DNA of 54,770 nt, from contig HF994476.1 of the NCBI GenBank assembly GCA_000434195.1, positions 1-54,770 of the forward strand, given 5' to 3'. The position numbers were made by a program, and so were the translations under genes. Positions 8,698-20,372 of the stretch are shown piece after piece (positions within the stretch are counted from its first letter, which is position 1; every line of letters begins with the position of its first letter). The notes below the pieces were generated by a model that saw only the letters and a list, made by a program, of their open reading frames with translations, was not told where the DNA came from and did no database searches. Source of the stretch: Clostridium sp. CAG:780. Its GTDB lineage: Bacteria; Bacillota; Clostridia; TANB77; CAG-508.

Positions 8698-10272
8698 ATG
8701 GAAGAAATACTAAAAATACTAGAAACTAAACATTATAGTAAGCAAACACAAGACTATATAGTCATCTTTATAGATGCATTTGGAAAAACTTATGGAGACT
8801 TTATAACAAAAGAAGATGTGGCAAGAAGAATTACAAGAAATTTGGATTCAGATATAGAGTTTTCTGATAAAATGGAGAAAAATGTTTCTGGTATATATAA
8901 TCCAATACTAAGAAAGATTATAATATCTAGCAAAGTAGACGAAAAAGAAAATGTAATAATACATGAATTAATCCATTGTATAACAAGATACAAGTCTAAC
9001 AAAGGAATTTCAAAAGTTGGATTCTCTGATTCAATGAGATATGTGGATGGAGAATTTATTAATTCTGGAGAAGGAATTACAGAAGCTGTAACAGAGTTCA
9101 TGACACAGGAAATCTGTACTAATTGCAATATAAAACTCTCGAACAATGGATATACTCGATTAATGGAGACAGTAAAAGCACTAATGAAGTTCACAGGAAA
9201 AGAGATGATAATTAGAGAAATTTTAAATCCTGAAAATGATATAAATGAAATTATTGATGAACAAGGATTAAACTCAAATTCTTTTATATATTATACAGAT
9301 AAAATAAGACAAGAGGAGTTAAGCCAAAAGACAGTATTAGATGTGGATAATTCTGCTGTTCAGTACACTGCACTGGCGTTATCGGAATTAGCAAGAATAT
9401 ACCCACAAGCTAATAGCGTGGAGGAACTAATCCAAAAATATGAGTTCTACAAACAGATGACAAAGCAACTGTATGTGTCAAGCGAATACGATATATACAT
9501 TTATTTGGTGGAAGATATTAGAAGACTTCGTATGCAAGGAATAGATGTATCAAGGATTGCATATATGATGGAAGATGAGGATATACAGCAAACTTGTAAT
9601 ACAGACAAAAAGATTAGAGAATTGCTATCTCAAAAAAGAGAAGATGCAATAATGAATTTAGAAAGTGTGTTATTTGATGATGAAAATGACGAGAATAGCA
9701 CCACTGTAATAGCAAACAAAGTATTTCCGTATTTAATGTATAGAGAAAATAGCACAGTAAAAGGTTTCCCAGACGAGTTTTACAATTTGTTCTCTGTAAG
9801 AGACTACTTGGAAGAGCATCCCGAAGTGGATTATAGAGAAATTTCGTTTAGAGTTTTCCAACATTCAGAAGTTTGCGTTGCATATGACCTAAAAGGAAAC
9901 ATAATCAATATGTTTGATCTTGCCAATGGGGAAAGTATGGAAAAAATCAATGACGAGTTTACAGATATAGAAGGAAGAAAAATTCATATAAATGAAGATG
10001 AAACACTTTGCATAGAAAATATTCCAGAAGATGGAGAGTCAACGTACTTTCAAGGTGTACTAGAATATATGGAAGAACAAACAAAGGGACAACAGAAAAG
10101 ATTAGAAGAATTTGAAGATCAGCAGGCTCCTGATGCAATAATTAATAATGCAAAAATAGTATTAGAGGCAAGAAAAAATAAAATAAGAAATTTGCAAGAG
10201 GAAATATCAGAAAGCAAAAAAGCAAGACAAATGACTAAACAACAAAGCCAAGATCAGAGAGATGAAAGATAA
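8698..10272 (+). CDS. Hypothetical protein with an HExxH zinc-metalloprotease-like motif
   Basis: VIIHELIHCITR, followed about 35 aa later by GEGITEAVTEF (a possible third ligand Glu). No signal peptide. Acidic, coiled-coil C-terminus. Confidence 0.45.
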   Translation: MEEILKILETKHYSKQTQDYIVIFIDAFGKTYGDFITKEDVARRITRNLDSDIEFSDKMEKNVSGIYNPILRKIIISSKVDEKENVIIHELIHCITRYKSNKGISKVGFSDSMRYVDGEFINSGEGITEAVTEFMTQEICTNCNIKLSNNGYTRLMETVKALMKFTGKEMIIREILNPENDINEIIDEQGLNSNSFIYYTDKIRQEELSQKTVLDVDNSAVQYTALALSELARIYPQANSVEELIQKYEFYKQMTKQLYVSSEYDIYIYLVEDIRRLRMQGIDVSRIAYMMEDEDIQQTCNTDKKIRELLSQKREDAIMNLESVLFDDENDENSTTVIANKVFPYLMYRENSTVKGFPDEFYNLFSVRDYLEEHPEVDYREISFRVFQHSEVCVAYDLKGNIINMFDLANGESMEKINDEFTDIEGRKIHINEDETLCIENIPEDGESTYFQGVLEYMEEQTKGQQKRLEEFEDQQAPDAIINNAKIVLEARKNKIRNLQEEISESKKARQMTKQQSQDQRDER

Positions 10273-10289
10273 AAGAAAGAGGTATAGAT

Positions 10290-13013
10290 TTGAAAAGTAA
10301 TAGATTATTAATAATAGATGGAAACAGCATAATGAATAGAGCTTTTTATGGAATTATGAACACAAAAGCTCTAATGTCAGCGGATGGAACATATACAAAT
10401 GCTATTTATGGATTTTTAGCAATATTATTTAAAGAACTAGAGGATTTAGAACCAGAATATATAGCAGTAGCTTTTGACTTAAAAGCTCCAACTCATAGAC
10501 ACAACATGTATAAAGAGTACAAAGGTACAAGACATGCAATGCCAGAAGAGTTGGCTCAGCAAATGCCTATTATTAAAGAAATATTGAGAGATATGAATAT
10601 AACCATAATAGAGAAGGAAGGTTATGAAGCGGATGACGTATTAGGAACAATATCAAAACTAGCAGAAAAAGAGGGAATAAAAACAACTATACTTTCAGGA
10701 GATAGAGATACTTTCCAACTTGCAAGTAAGAATATCACTATTAGAATCCCAAGAACAAAAATGGGAAAAACAGAGACTGAAGATTATGATGAATCAAAAA
10801 TAGAAGAAGAATATGGTATAAAGCCAGTACAGCTAATACAGGTAAAGGGACTAATGGGAGACGCGTCTGACAATATTCCGGGAGTACCAGGAGTAGGAGA
10901 AAAAACAGCTTTAAAGCTTATCAAAGAATACCAAAATATAGATAAATTGTATGAAGAATTAGAGAGCGGAAATACTACAATAAAGGGAGCTCTAAAGGAA
11001 AAACTAACTAATAACAAAGAATCAGCAATTCTTTCAAGAACCCTTGGAACAATATTACTAGATGCTCCATTAGATGTAGAAGTAAAAGATTTAGCCGTAA
11101 AGGATTGGAACAAAGAAGCAGTAACAAATAAATTTAAAGAGCTTAGATTTAATAGGTTTATAGAAAGATTTGACTTAAACGGTCTAGGAACAGCGAAAGT
11201 TAATAAAAAAATAGATGATTTGTTTAAAATAGAAGAAGCGGATATAAAGAAAATACTAGAAGTAGCTAAAGAAAGCAAGGAACTTATATACTATTTTGAA
11301 AAAGAAAAAATGCAAACAAATGGTTTGATAATAAACGAGAGTATTAAATCTATTAGTATATACGACAGAAAAGCGAATACAGTGTATTACTCAAAGAATA
11401 TAGATGTAACTACATTAAAAAACTTATTTGAGGACTCTCAAGTAGAAAAAGCAAGCTACAAAGTGAAGACAGATTATATTTTACTTAAACAAGAGGGAAT
11501 CGGATATAATAATATTAAATATGATGCAGAAATAGCGGGATACAATTTGAACCCTACTGATAAAAATACAATAGATGAAATGGCAAAAAAATATTTAGAT
11601 ATAGACATAGAAGAATATATGGAAAACGAGTTTGAATCTTCTAGTAACAATAATAGTGCGCAACTAAACTTATTTGATACAAATACTAACAATGAAGAAG
11701 AATTGAAGAAAGAAAAGTATAAAAATTCACTAATATGCTATATTATAGCAAAACTTCAAGAAGTTACGATAAAGAAATTGGAAGAAGCGGGAGCGAGATC
11801 TTTATTCAACAATATAGAAATGCCGTTGGCACAAATACTTGCTGATATGCAGTATAACGGAATGTATGTCGATGAAAAAGAATTGAAAAACTTTGGAAAT
11901 GAATTAAAAGCCCAACTTCAAACATTAACAGAGGAAATATATAACTTAGCAGGAGAAGAATTTAACATTAATTCTCATCAACAGTTAGGAAAAATCTTAT
12001 TTGAGAAGTTACAATTACCAGTATACAAGAAAACAAAGAATGGTTATACCACAGATGTTGATGTGCTAGAAAAATTAAAAGGTCAGCATCCTATAATAGA
12101 AAAAATACTAGAATACAGAACATTGATGAAATTAAATTCAACATATGTAGAAGGATTGATTCCATATATAAATATTAAAACACATAAAATACATTCAAGC
12201 TTTCATCAAACTATTACAGCAACAGGAAGAATCAGTAGTACAGAGCCAAATCTACAAAATATTCCAACTAAAACAGAGCTTGGAAAACAAATAAGAAAAG
12301 CATTTAAACCGGCAGAGGGAAATGTGTATATAGATGCAGATTATTCGCAAATAGAATTGAGAGTGCTAGCACACATTTCTCAAGACGAAAATATGATATA
12401 TGCTTTCAATCATGGAGAAGACATCCATAAGCAAGCAGCCTCTAAGGTATTTAATATTCCAATAGAAGAAGTTACAAAAGAACAAAGGTCTTCTGCAAAG
12501 GCTGTAAACTTTGGAATAGTCTATGGAATCAGTGATTTTGGATTAGCAAATCAAATAGGAGTAAGTAATAAAAAAGCAAAGGAATATATACAACAATACC
12601 TAGAAAAATATAGCGGAATAAAACATTTTATGGATGATATAGTTGAAAGCGCTAAACAAAAAGGATATGTAGAAACACTGTTTGGAAGAAGAAGATATAT
12701 TCCAGAAATAAAATCTAGCAACTATATGGTAAGACAATTTGGCAATAGAGTTGCTATGAACACGCCTATACAAGGAACTGCGGCAGACATTATGAAAATT
12801 GCGATGATAAATGTTAAGAATGCATTGCAAGAAAGCAAAATTCATGCTAAAATTGTATTACAAATACATGACGAATTGTTATTAGAAGTTGCTCTTCAAG
12901 ATAAAGAAAAAGCAAAACAGATATTAAAAGAATCTATGGAAGGAGCAATGAAATTATCAGTACCTTTAGAAGTTGAAATTTCAGAAGGAAACAGCTGGTA
13001 TGAAGTAAAATAA
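10290..13013 (+). CDS. polA: DNA polymerase I
   Basis: TTG start. 5'-3' exonuclease domain (LLIIDGNSIMNRAFYG, GDRDTFQL, GVPGVGEKTALKLI) and family-A polymerase motifs (DYSQIELRVLAH, RSSAKAVNFGIVYG, QIHDELL). Confidence 0.95.
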   Translation: MKSNRLLIIDGNSIMNRAFYGIMNTKALMSADGTYTNAIYGFLAILFKELEDLEPEYIAVAFDLKAPTHRHNMYKEYKGTRHAMPEELAQQMPIIKEILRDMNITIIEKEGYEADDVLGTISKLAEKEGIKTTILSGDRDTFQLASKNITIRIPRTKMGKTETEDYDESKIEEEYGIKPVQLIQVKGLMGDASDNIPGVPGVGEKTALKLIKEYQNIDKLYEELESGNTTIKGALKEKLTNNKESAILSRTLGTILLDAPLDVEVKDLAVKDWNKEAVTNKFKELRFNRFIERFDLNGLGTAKVNKKIDDLFKIEEADIKKILEVAKESKELIYYFEKEKMQTNGLIINESIKSISIYDRKANTVYYSKNIDVTTLKNLFEDSQVEKASYKVKTDYILLKQEGIGYNNIKYDAEIAGYNLNPTDKNTIDEMAKKYLDIDIEEYMENEFESSSNNNSAQLNLFDTNTNNEEELKKEKYKNSLICYIIAKLQEVTIKKLEEAGARSLFNNIEMPLAQILADMQYNGMYVDEKELKNFGNELKAQLQTLTEEIYNLAGEEFNINSHQQLGKILFEKLQLPVYKKTKNGYTTDVDVLEKLKGQHPIIEKILEYRTLMKLNSTYVEGLIPYINIKTHKIHSSFHQTITATGRISSTEPNLQNIPTKTELGKQIRKAFKPAEGNVYIDADYSQIELRVLAHISQDENMIYAFNHGEDIHKQAASKVFNIPIEEVTKEQRSSAKAVNFGIVYGISDFGLANQIGVSNKKAKEYIQQYLEKYSGIKHFMDDIVESAKQKGYVETLFGRRRYIPEIKSSNYMVRQFGNRVAMNTPIQGTAADIMKIAMINVKNALQESKIHAKIVLQIHDELLLEVALQDKEKAKQILKESMEGAMKLSVPLEVEISEGNSWYEVK

Positions 13014-13021
13014 ACAGAAGA

Positions 13022-13609
13022 GTGGTGCAAAGAGAAATTTTGAAAAAGACATATAAGGTTATACTTGTAGCAATAGTATTGATAATATTACTAGGAGTAC
13101 TTGCAAAAGTATTTAATTTAGAAGATAAAATCTTAAAAAAGATATATCCAAAAACATATGAAGAGTATGTGGAAAAATATGCAAAAGAGTATAATGTTGA
13201 TCCTCTTTTGGTATTCTCAATCATAAAAGCAGAAAGCAATTTTAACAAGGATGCAAAGTCAACAAGCAAAGCAAAAGGCTTAATGCAAATCATGGATTCA
13301 ACGGCTGTTGAAATTGCAAATAAAATCGATGAGCCGATTGTGGACGAAACATTATTTGATCCAGAAAAAAATATTATGATTGGCACAAAATACTATTCTG
13401 AACTATTAAAATTGTATAATGGGAACATGCTATTAGCACTTACGGCATACAATGCAGGGATAGGAAATGTAAAAGAATGGATTGACAATGGTATAATAAA
13501 AGCAGATGGAAGTGACATTGAAAACATACCATACAAAGAAACAAATATGTATGTAAGAAAAATTATAAGAAACTACAAAATCTATCAAAAGCTAGAAGAG
13601 AAAAACTAA
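13022..13609 (+). CDS. Membrane-anchored lytic transglycosylase (SLT domain)
   Basis: N-terminal TM helix plus SLT motifs (AESNFNKDAKS...AKGLMQIM...AYNAG). Confidence 0.85.
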   Translation: MVQREILKKTYKVILVAIVLIILLGVLAKVFNLEDKILKKIYPKTYEEYVEKYAKEYNVDPLLVFSIIKAESNFNKDAKSTSKAKGLMQIMDSTAVEIANKIDEPIVDETLFDPEKNIMIGTKYYSELLKLYNGNMLLALTAYNAGIGNVKEWIDNGIIKADGSDIENIPYKETNMYVRKIIRNYKIYQKLEEKN

Positions 13610-13633
13610 GGAGTAACTGAAAGGAAGAAGTAT

Positions 13634-15208
13634 ATGAAAACTAGAAAGGTCAGTATTAGTGTATTTCAGATATTAATTTCAATAATTGTTATAATAGCAA
13701 TAGTGCTTGGAATTATTGCAGTTAAAAATGTAGTAACAAAAAAACAAAATGCAAATAAAGAGAAAACAACTTTTGAGGGAAGCGGAACAAGTGAAGATGC
13801 ATACCAAATATCAAAAGTAGAAGATTTAATAAACTTGCTATTAGATATCAATAAAGGAAGAACTTATGATGGTAAACATTTTGTCTTACAAACGAATCTA
13901 AATCTTCAGGAAGATTCATCTTATAATAATCCTAATGATAAAAGTTTTGGTGATTTGAATAATGATGGAAAAACAGAAGAAATAAAAAAAGAATTAACAA
14001 CTGGAGATGGTCTTAGACTAATAGGAAAAAAAGATTTAAATAGCAAGAAAGACAGAGAAGTAATTTTTAAAGGTATATTTGATGGAAATGGAAAAACCAT
14101 AAGTAATCTAGAAATAAAGATATCAGATGATAATACAAACCAAAACATCGGATTATTTGGAGAAAATAAAGGAACAATATTAAATTTAAGAATAATTGAA
14201 AAACTAGAAATAACAAATATAGAAAAATCTAACCTAAATATAGGGTTGCTTGCAGGAAAAAATTCAGGAATAATACAGAAATGCAAAACTGAAGGAGAAA
14301 TTAAATTAGTTACAGAAAAAGAAACTGAGACATTAGTAGCAGGACTAGCAGGAGAAAATGTTGGTAAAATAATAGACAGTGTAAATGAAGTAAATATAGA
14401 GTCGAATTGTACAAAAGCGGGAATTACTGCAAAAAATACGAAGATAGAAGGAACTGAAGATAGTGGAGTAATAACTAATTGTACAAGCAATGGCATCATT
14501 AGTGAAGAAAAAAGCTATAATAAATATACAGCAGGAATTGTTGCATTAAATGAAAAAGGGACAATAACTAACTGTACAAACAATGGAAAAATTTCTGGAA
14601 AGAAAGTCGGAGGAATTATAGGTTCTTCAACAGGAGACGTCATAGCTTCGAAAAATACAGGAGAATTAAATAATATAACCAAAAATCTAGATAACAACGA
14701 AATAGCTGGAGGAATAGTAGCAACATTAGAAAGTGGAACGATTGAAAACTGCAAAAACACAGGAAAAGTCACAGGTGTAACTTATATTGGTGGAATTACA
14801 GGCCAAAACAAAGGAGTTATAACTCAAAGTCGAAATGATGGAGAATTAAAAAAGATAGACCAAACATCTGTGGGAAATGTTTATCTAGGTGGAATAACAG
14901 GATACAATTATTCAGGTTCTAGAATATCGAACTCTAAAAATTATGGAAATATAAAATCTGATCAAGATAATTTAGTAATAGTTGGAGGGGTATGTGGCTA
15001 TCTTGAAAACAATTCATTCATAGATTATTGTGAAAATAATAGCTTTATAACAGCAGTAGGAAAGATAATTACTCCAAATGAAGATACTTCCCTAAAATGT
15101 ACTTCGTGTGTAAGCAATGGAGGAGGCAAAGCAGGAACATCTGAAAGTGGAGAATTATATATAGGACTAATTTATGGTAAATGTCCAATAGAAAGTGAGG
15201 AAGAATAA
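13634..15208 (+). CDS. Membrane-anchored GLUG-repeat surface protein
   Basis: N-terminal TM helix, then repeated G(L/I)xG units ([67 protein letters not shown]). Confidence 0.65.
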   Translation: MKTRKVSISVFQILISIIVIIAIVLGIIAVKNVVTKKQNANKEKTTFEGSGTSEDAYQISKVEDLINLLLDINKGRTYDGKHFVLQTNLNLQEDSSYNNPNDKSFGDLNNDGKTEEIKKELTTGDGLRLIGKKDLNSKKDREVIFKGIFDGNGKTISNLEIKISDDNTNQNIGLFGENKGTILNLRIIEKLEITNIEKSNLNIGLLAGKNSGIIQKCKTEGEIKLVTEKETETLVAGLAGENVGKIIDSVNEVNIESNCTKAGITAKNTKIEGTEDSGVITNCTSNGIISEEKSYNKYTAGIVALNEKGTITNCTNNGKISGKKVGGIIGSSTGDVIASKNTGELNNITKNLDNNEIAGGIVATLESGTIENCKNTGKVTGVTYIGGITGQNKGVITQSRNDGELKKIDQTSVGNVYLGGITGYNYSGSRISNSKNYGNIKSDQDNLVIVGGVCGYLENNSFIDYCENNSFITAVGKIITPNEDTSLKCTSCVSNGGGKAGTSESGELYIGLIYGKCPIESEEE

Positions 15209-15209
15209 A

Positions 15210-16217
15210 ATGGCAATATTAGTAACAGGTGGAGCAGGCTATATAGGTGCTCACACAGTGGTAGAATTATTAAACAAAGGAGAAGAAGTAGTCATAATCG
15301 ACAATTTCAGCAATAGCAAACCAGCAGTATTAGAAGCTATTAAAAAAATAACAAATAAAGACTTCAAGTTTTATGAACTAAACTATTTAGACAGAGACAA
15401 GCTTGAAAAAGTATTTGAAGAAAATAAAATAGACTCAGTAATTAACTTTGCTGGATATAAGGCTGTTGGAGAATCAGTAGAAAAGCCTTTAGAATATTAT
15501 GAAAATAATGTATCAGGTTGTATAATACTTCTAGAGACAATGAGAAAATACAATGTGAAAAAATTTGTATTTAGTTCTTCAGCAACTGTATATGGAGAGC
15601 CAGAAAGAATACCAATTACAGAAGATTGCAAGATAGGTGGAACAACAAATCCTTATGGAACAACAAAATTGATGATAGAACAAATATTACAAGACCTATA
15701 TAAATCTGATAATTCATGGGATATATGCATCTTGAGATACTTCAATCCAGTAGGAGCACATGAAAGTGGATTAATTGGAGAAGAACCACAAGGAAGACCA
15801 AACAACTTAATGCCATATGTTGCAAGAGTTGCAACAGGAGAGTTAGAAGAGTTATCAGTATTTGGAGATGATTACGATACACCTGATGGAACAGGAGTTA
15901 GAGATTACATACACGTTGTAGATTTGGCAAAAGGACACCTATACGCATTAGATAAACTAAACAAAGAAGGAAAAGGATTATATATTTACAATCTAGGAAC
16001 AGGAGTAGGATACAGTGTTTTAGATATGGTAAAAGCTTTTGAAGAAGTAACAGGAAAGAAAGTACCATACAAAATAGTAGCCAGAAGACCAGGGGATATA
16101 GCAACTTGCTATTCTGATCCAAAGAAAGCAAAAGAAGAACTTGGATGGTCAGCAGAAAAAGGAATTAAAGAAATGTGCCAAGACTCATGGAATTATATGA
16201 TTCATAAAGAGAAGTAA
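15210..16217 (+). CDS. galE: UDP-glucose 4-epimerase
   Basis: [13 protein letters not shown] Rossmann motif, the YGTTK catalytic motif, and full-length similarity to the GalE pattern. The ATG at 15210 follows the upstream stop; the longer ORF start overlaps it. Confidence 0.92.
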   Translation: MAILVTGGAGYIGAHTVVELLNKGEEVVIIDNFSNSKPAVLEAIKKITNKDFKFYELNYLDRDKLEKVFEENKIDSVINFAGYKAVGESVEKPLEYYENNVSGCIILLETMRKYNVKKFVFSSSATVYGEPERIPITEDCKIGGTTNPYGTTKLMIEQILQDLYKSDNSWDICILRYFNPVGAHESGLIGEEPQGRPNNLMPYVARVATGELEELSVFGDDYDTPDGTGVRDYIHVVDLAKGHLYALDKLNKEGKGLYIYNLGTGVGYSVLDMVKAFEEVTGKKVPYKIVARRPGDIATCYSDPKKAKEELGWSAEKGIKEMCQDSWNYMIHKEK

Positions 16218-16241
16218 TTTAATGTAAAAGGAGAAAATTTT

Positions 16242-17114
16242 ATGCAAAGTCAAATGCTAACTTCCAGACTGGGTGGAGAGCTAATAAGCTACAAACTAGA
16301 TGGAATAGAGAAAATTCACCAAGGACAAGAGTGCATAGATGAAAATGGAAAAGTATATTGGAAAAGACACTTTCCAGTATTATTTCCTATTGTGGGAAAA
16401 CTAAAGCAAAATAAAACAATTATCAATGGTAAAACATATGAAATGTTTCAACATGGTTTTGCCAGAGATATGGAATTTGAACCTATAACAAAATTGAACG
16501 ATTTCCATTCATATGTGTTGAGAAGCAATCCAAGTACTTTGGTTAAATATCCGTTTGACTTTGCTCTGTACATTACATACAGAACAGATGGAAACAAACT
16601 AACTACAATATACAAGGTAGTAAATGAGGGCGACAACAATATGCCTTTTGGAATAGGAGGACATCCTGCATTTAAAATTGACCAAAAAGCATTATTAGAT
16701 AAAGAATATTATTTGGAATTTGAAGAAGACGAAGAGAAAATACACTTTTTATATTTGGTAGACGGATTAGTGGGCACTGAATATGCAAAAAATGTTATGT
16801 CAGATTCAAGAAGAATTCCAATCGATGGTAACACTTTCAAAAATGATGCATTGATAATGAAAGGTATAACATCACATAAAATCAGTTTAAAACAAAAAAC
16901 GGGAAATAAAACATTACTTACAATGGATTTCGAGGGATTCCCATATCTTGCTGTTTGGTCAAAACCAAGAGCACCATTTATATGTATTGAGCCATGGTAC
17001 TCAACAGCAGATAATATTAAAACAACCGGTGTATTTGCACAAAAAACAGATATAATCACACTTGCACCAAAAAAAGAATTTGATTGCAGATTTACAGTAG
17101 AATTTTTCAATTAA
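16242..17114 (+). CDS. Aldose 1-epimerase family protein (LacX/YihR-like)
   Basis: 290 aa with the GIGGHPAF and CIEPW motifs typical of the aldose epimerase superfamily, adjacent to galE. Confidence 0.75.
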   Translation: MQSQMLTSRLGGELISYKLDGIEKIHQGQECIDENGKVYWKRHFPVLFPIVGKLKQNKTIINGKTYEMFQHGFARDMEFEPITKLNDFHSYVLRSNPSTLVKYPFDFALYITYRTDGNKLTTIYKVVNEGDNNMPFGIGGHPAFKIDQKALLDKEYYLEFEEDEEKIHFLYLVDGLVGTEYAKNVMSDSRRIPIDGNTFKNDALIMKGITSHKISLKQKTGNKTLLTMDFEGFPYLAVWSKPRAPFICIEPWYSTADNIKTTGVFAQKTDIITLAPKKEFDCRFTVEFFN

Positions 17115-17130
17115 AAGGGGATGTAGAAAA

Positions 17131-17322
17131 ATGGGAAAATTAATTTTAACATTGCTAGGTGCTCTAATTATTATGATTGGAGTTACAATGCTATTTGACG
17201 CAAGAAAAATAGCAACTAAAACCTTTAGCTCAGGAGAAACAAATGAAACAACAAAGATACTAAAAATATCAGGAATAATAATTTCTCTTGTAGGGTTAGG
17301 AATTATATATATAATTAGATAA
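17131..17322 (+). CDS. Small two-helix membrane protein
   Basis: 63 aa with two hydrophobic segments. The RBS-like aagggg lies upstream. Confidence 0.45.
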   Translation: MGKLILTLLGALIIMIGVTMLFDARKIATKTFSSGETNETTKILKISGIIISLVGLGIIYIIR

Positions 17323-17398
17323 AAAAGTCTTGCTAAATACGAGTTTTCGTAATATAATAACAAGGTAAAATATACAACAGTCGAAAGGAAGAATATAA

Positions 17399-20152
17399 AT
17401 GGGACTATTTAAAACATATAGTGAAAAAGAAGTAAAAAGAGTAATGCCAATAGTGGCAAAGATAAACAGTTTAGAAGAGGAGATTTCTAAATTATCTGAT
17501 AGCGAATTAATAGCGAAAACTCCTTATTTCAAAGAGCAATTAAAAAATGGTAAAACTCTTGATGATATATTACCAGAAGCATTTGCAGTAGTAAGAGAAG
17601 CTTCTAAAAGAGTATTAGGTATGCGTCACTTTGATGTACAATTAATAGGTGGAATTATCCTACATCAAGGAAGAATCGCAGAAATGAAGACGGGTGAGGG
17701 AAAGACACTTGTTGCAACACTTCCAGTATATTTAAATGCATTAACAGGTGAGGGTGTTCATGTTATAACAGTTAACGACTACCTAGCAAAAAGAGATAGC
17801 GAATGGATGGGGAAACTATACAAATTCTTAGGGATTTCAGTTGGATTAGTTATAGCAGGAATGAATCCGGCAGAAAAACAAGTAGCATATAGTTGTGATG
17901 TAACATATGGAACAAATAATGAATTTGGATTTGATTATCTAAGAGATAACATGGTTATATACAAGAATCAATTAGTACAAAGAAAACTAAAATATGCTAT
18001 CGTAGACGAGATAGACAGTATCTTAATTGATGAGGCTCGTACACCACTTATCATATCTGGTAGAGGAGCAGAATCTTCAAATCTATATCAAAAAGCTGAT
18101 CGTTTTGTTAAAAAACTACAACCAAAAATAATAATAGAAGAAGACGACAAAGATTTAGAGCAAAGTGAAGATAACGAAAAATACGATTATATAGTAGATT
18201 TAAAATCGAAATCTGCAACACTTACACAAAAAGGTATTAAAAAAGCAGAGCAAGAATTTAACTTAGAAAACTTTAACGACCTAGAAAACTCTGAATTAGT
18301 ACATGATGTAAACCAAGCATTACACGCAAATGGAATAATGAAGAGAGATAAAGATTATATCGTAAAAGACGGACAAGTTCTTATTGTAGATGAATTTACA
18401 GGAAGAATTATGTATGGAAGAAGATATAACAATGGATTACATCAAGCAATAGAAGCAAAAGAGCATGTAAAAATAAACGATGAATCTAAAACACTTGCAA
18501 CAATCACATTCCAAAACTACTTTAGAATGTACGAAAAATTATCAGGTATGACTGGTACTGCTATGACAGAAGAAGCAGAATTTGAAGAGATATACAAATT
18601 AGATGTTGTAGAAATTCCTACAAACAAGCCAATGATCAGAAAAGATAATCCAGACATTATCTACAAAAACGAAGACGTAAAATTCAGAGCAGTTATAGAA
18701 GATATTAAGCAAGCACACAGCAAAGGACAACCAGTATTAATTGGTACAGTATCAATAGATAAATCAGAAAAACTAAGTAAATTATTAGACAAAGAGGGAA
18801 TTCCTCACGAAGTATTAAACGCAAAATATCACGAGAAAGAAGCTCAAATCATAGCACAAGCTGGTAAGTATGGAGCTGTTACAATAGCAACAAACATGGC
18901 TGGTCGTGGTACCGATATTATGCTTGGAGGAAACAGTGAATATTTAGCAAAACAAGAAATGAAAAAGCTAAAATATTCAGATGAAGAAATAGAAGAAGCA
19001 ATAGCTCACAACGAAACAGACAACAAAGCAATACTTGCAGCAAGAGCAAAATTCGCAGAATTAGAGAAAAAATACGCAGACGAAATCAAAGAAGAAAAGA
19101 AGAAAGTTATCGAAGCAGGTGGACTAAAAATAATTGGTACACAAAGACATGAATCAAGAAGAATTGATAACCAGCTTCGTGGACGTAGTGGACGTCAAGG
19201 AGATCCAGGAGAATCAAGATTCTATATTGGACTAGATGATGACTTAATGAAAATCTTTGGTGGAGATATGATAACAAGAGTATACAACACTCTTGGAGCA
19301 GCAGAAGATTTACCAATAGAATCAAAGACAATTTCAAGAGCAGTTGAAAATGCTCAAAAGAAAGTAGAAGGAAGAAACTTCAGCATCAGAAAGAATGTAT
19401 TACAATACGATGACGTTATGAATGTACAAAGAACTGTAATATATGCTCAAAGAAGAGAAGTTCTAGATGGAAAGAACTTAAAAGACAGCATTTCTAAGAT
19501 GATGGATTCAGTTGTAGAATTAGTAGTCGCAACACATTTTGTAGACGGAGAAACAGTAAACAAAGAAACTCTATTACAAGATATACAAAATACATTTGGA
19601 ATATCAGAAGTAGAAGCACTAAAATCAGACAACTTCACACAAGCAGACGTAATATCAGAATTACAAGACAGAATTCATGAAATCTACGATGCAAAAGAAA
19701 AAGAATTTGGTGAAGAAAATCTAAGAGAACTTGAAAGAGTTGTAATGCTTAAGATAGTTGACCAAAAATGGATGGATCATATAGACAACATGGATGAATT
19801 AAAGAAAGGTATTGGACTTCGTGGATATGGACAACAAGACCCAGTTGTACAATACAGACTTGAAGGAACAGAAATGTTTGACGATATGATAGAAGACATC
19901 AAAACAGATGTTGTAAAAATCCTATTAAACATTCGTAAAAAAGAAGGACCTATTCAAAGAACAGAAACAGCAAAAGTAACAGGTGCAGGCCTTGAAGATA
20001 CAGCCATCAATCTAGTTGATGGACACCTAACGGAAAAAGAAGGCGGAATGAACAAAACAGTTGTAAATGAAGGCCCAAAAGTACGAGTTAAAGAAAGGTA
20101 TTGGACTTCGTGGTTATGGACAAAAAGACCCAGTTGTACAATACAGACTTGA
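17399..20152 (+). CDS. secA: Preprotein translocase ATPase SecA, frame terminated prematurely after an internal tandem duplication
   Basis: Walker [11 protein letters not shown], the [23 protein letters not shown]-like motif, and [10 protein letters not shown]. After ...VNEGPKV the frame runs into out-of-frame copy 2 ([12 protein letters not shown]...) and stops. Confidence 0.9.
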   Translation: MGLFKTYSEKEVKRVMPIVAKINSLEEEISKLSDSELIAKTPYFKEQLKNGKTLDDILPEAFAVVREASKRVLGMRHFDVQLIGGIILHQGRIAEMKTGEGKTLVATLPVYLNALTGEGVHVITVNDYLAKRDSEWMGKLYKFLGISVGLVIAGMNPAEKQVAYSCDVTYGTNNEFGFDYLRDNMVIYKNQLVQRKLKYAIVDEIDSILIDEARTPLIISGRGAESSNLYQKADRFVKKLQPKIIIEEDDKDLEQSEDNEKYDYIVDLKSKSATLTQKGIKKAEQEFNLENFNDLENSELVHDVNQALHANGIMKRDKDYIVKDGQVLIVDEFTGRIMYGRRYNNGLHQAIEAKEHVKINDESKTLATITFQNYFRMYEKLSGMTGTAMTEEAEFEEIYKLDVVEIPTNKPMIRKDNPDIIYKNEDVKFRAVIEDIKQAHSKGQPVLIGTVSIDKSEKLSKLLDKEGIPHEVLNAKYHEKEAQIIAQAGKYGAVTIATNMAGRGTDIMLGGNSEYLAKQEMKKLKYSDEEIEEAIAHNETDNKAILAARAKFAELEKKYADEIKEEKKKVIEAGGLKIIGTQRHESRRIDNQLRGRSGRQGDPGESRFYIGLDDDLMKIFGGDMITRVYNTLGAAEDLPIESKTISRAVENAQKKVEGRNFSIRKNVLQYDDVMNVQRTVIYAQRREVLDGKNLKDSISKMMDSVVELVVATHFVDGETVNKETLLQDIQNTFGISEVEALKSDNFTQADVISELQDRIHEIYDAKEKEFGEENLRELERVVMLKIVDQKWMDHIDNMDELKKGIGLRGYGQQDPVVQYRLEGTEMFDDMIEDIKTDVVKILLNIRKKEGPIQRTETAKVTGAGLEDTAINLVDGHLTEKEGGMNKTVVNEGPKVRVKERYWTSWLWTKRPSCTIQT

Positions 20153-20372
20153 AGGAACAGAAATGTTTGACGATATGATAGAAGACATCAAAACAGATGT
20201 TGTAAAAATCCTATTAAACATTCGTAAAAAAGAAGGACCTATTCAAAGAACAGAAACAGCAAAAGTAACAGGTGCAGGCCTTGAAGATACAGCCATCAAT
20301 CTAGTTGATGGACACCTAACGGAAAAAGAAGGCGGAATGAACAAAACAGTTGTAAATGAAGGCCCAAAAGTA
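19796..20372 (+). repeat. Tandem direct duplication inside secA: 2 x 288 bp separated by one extra C (20084)
   Basis: Copy 1 is 19796-20083 and copy 2 is 20085-20372, a period of 289 bp. I found only 3 mismatches (offsets 2, 29 and 39 of the unit); the remaining roughly 249 nt are identical. Confidence 0.9.

Noticed and set aside
15195-16217. Longer ORF-track starts for several genes: galE 15195, partner protein 46030, sipW-3 47174, rho 52379, membrane protein 2144, histidine phosphatase 21960, minus-strand TasA-like 49062, DUF2726 54511.
   Set aside because: In each case the longer start overlaps or sits inside the Shine-Dalgarno sequence, or adds residues absent from the family N-terminus. 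An internal ATG, GTG or TTG with 6-10 nt spacing to a GGAGG-like RBS fits better.
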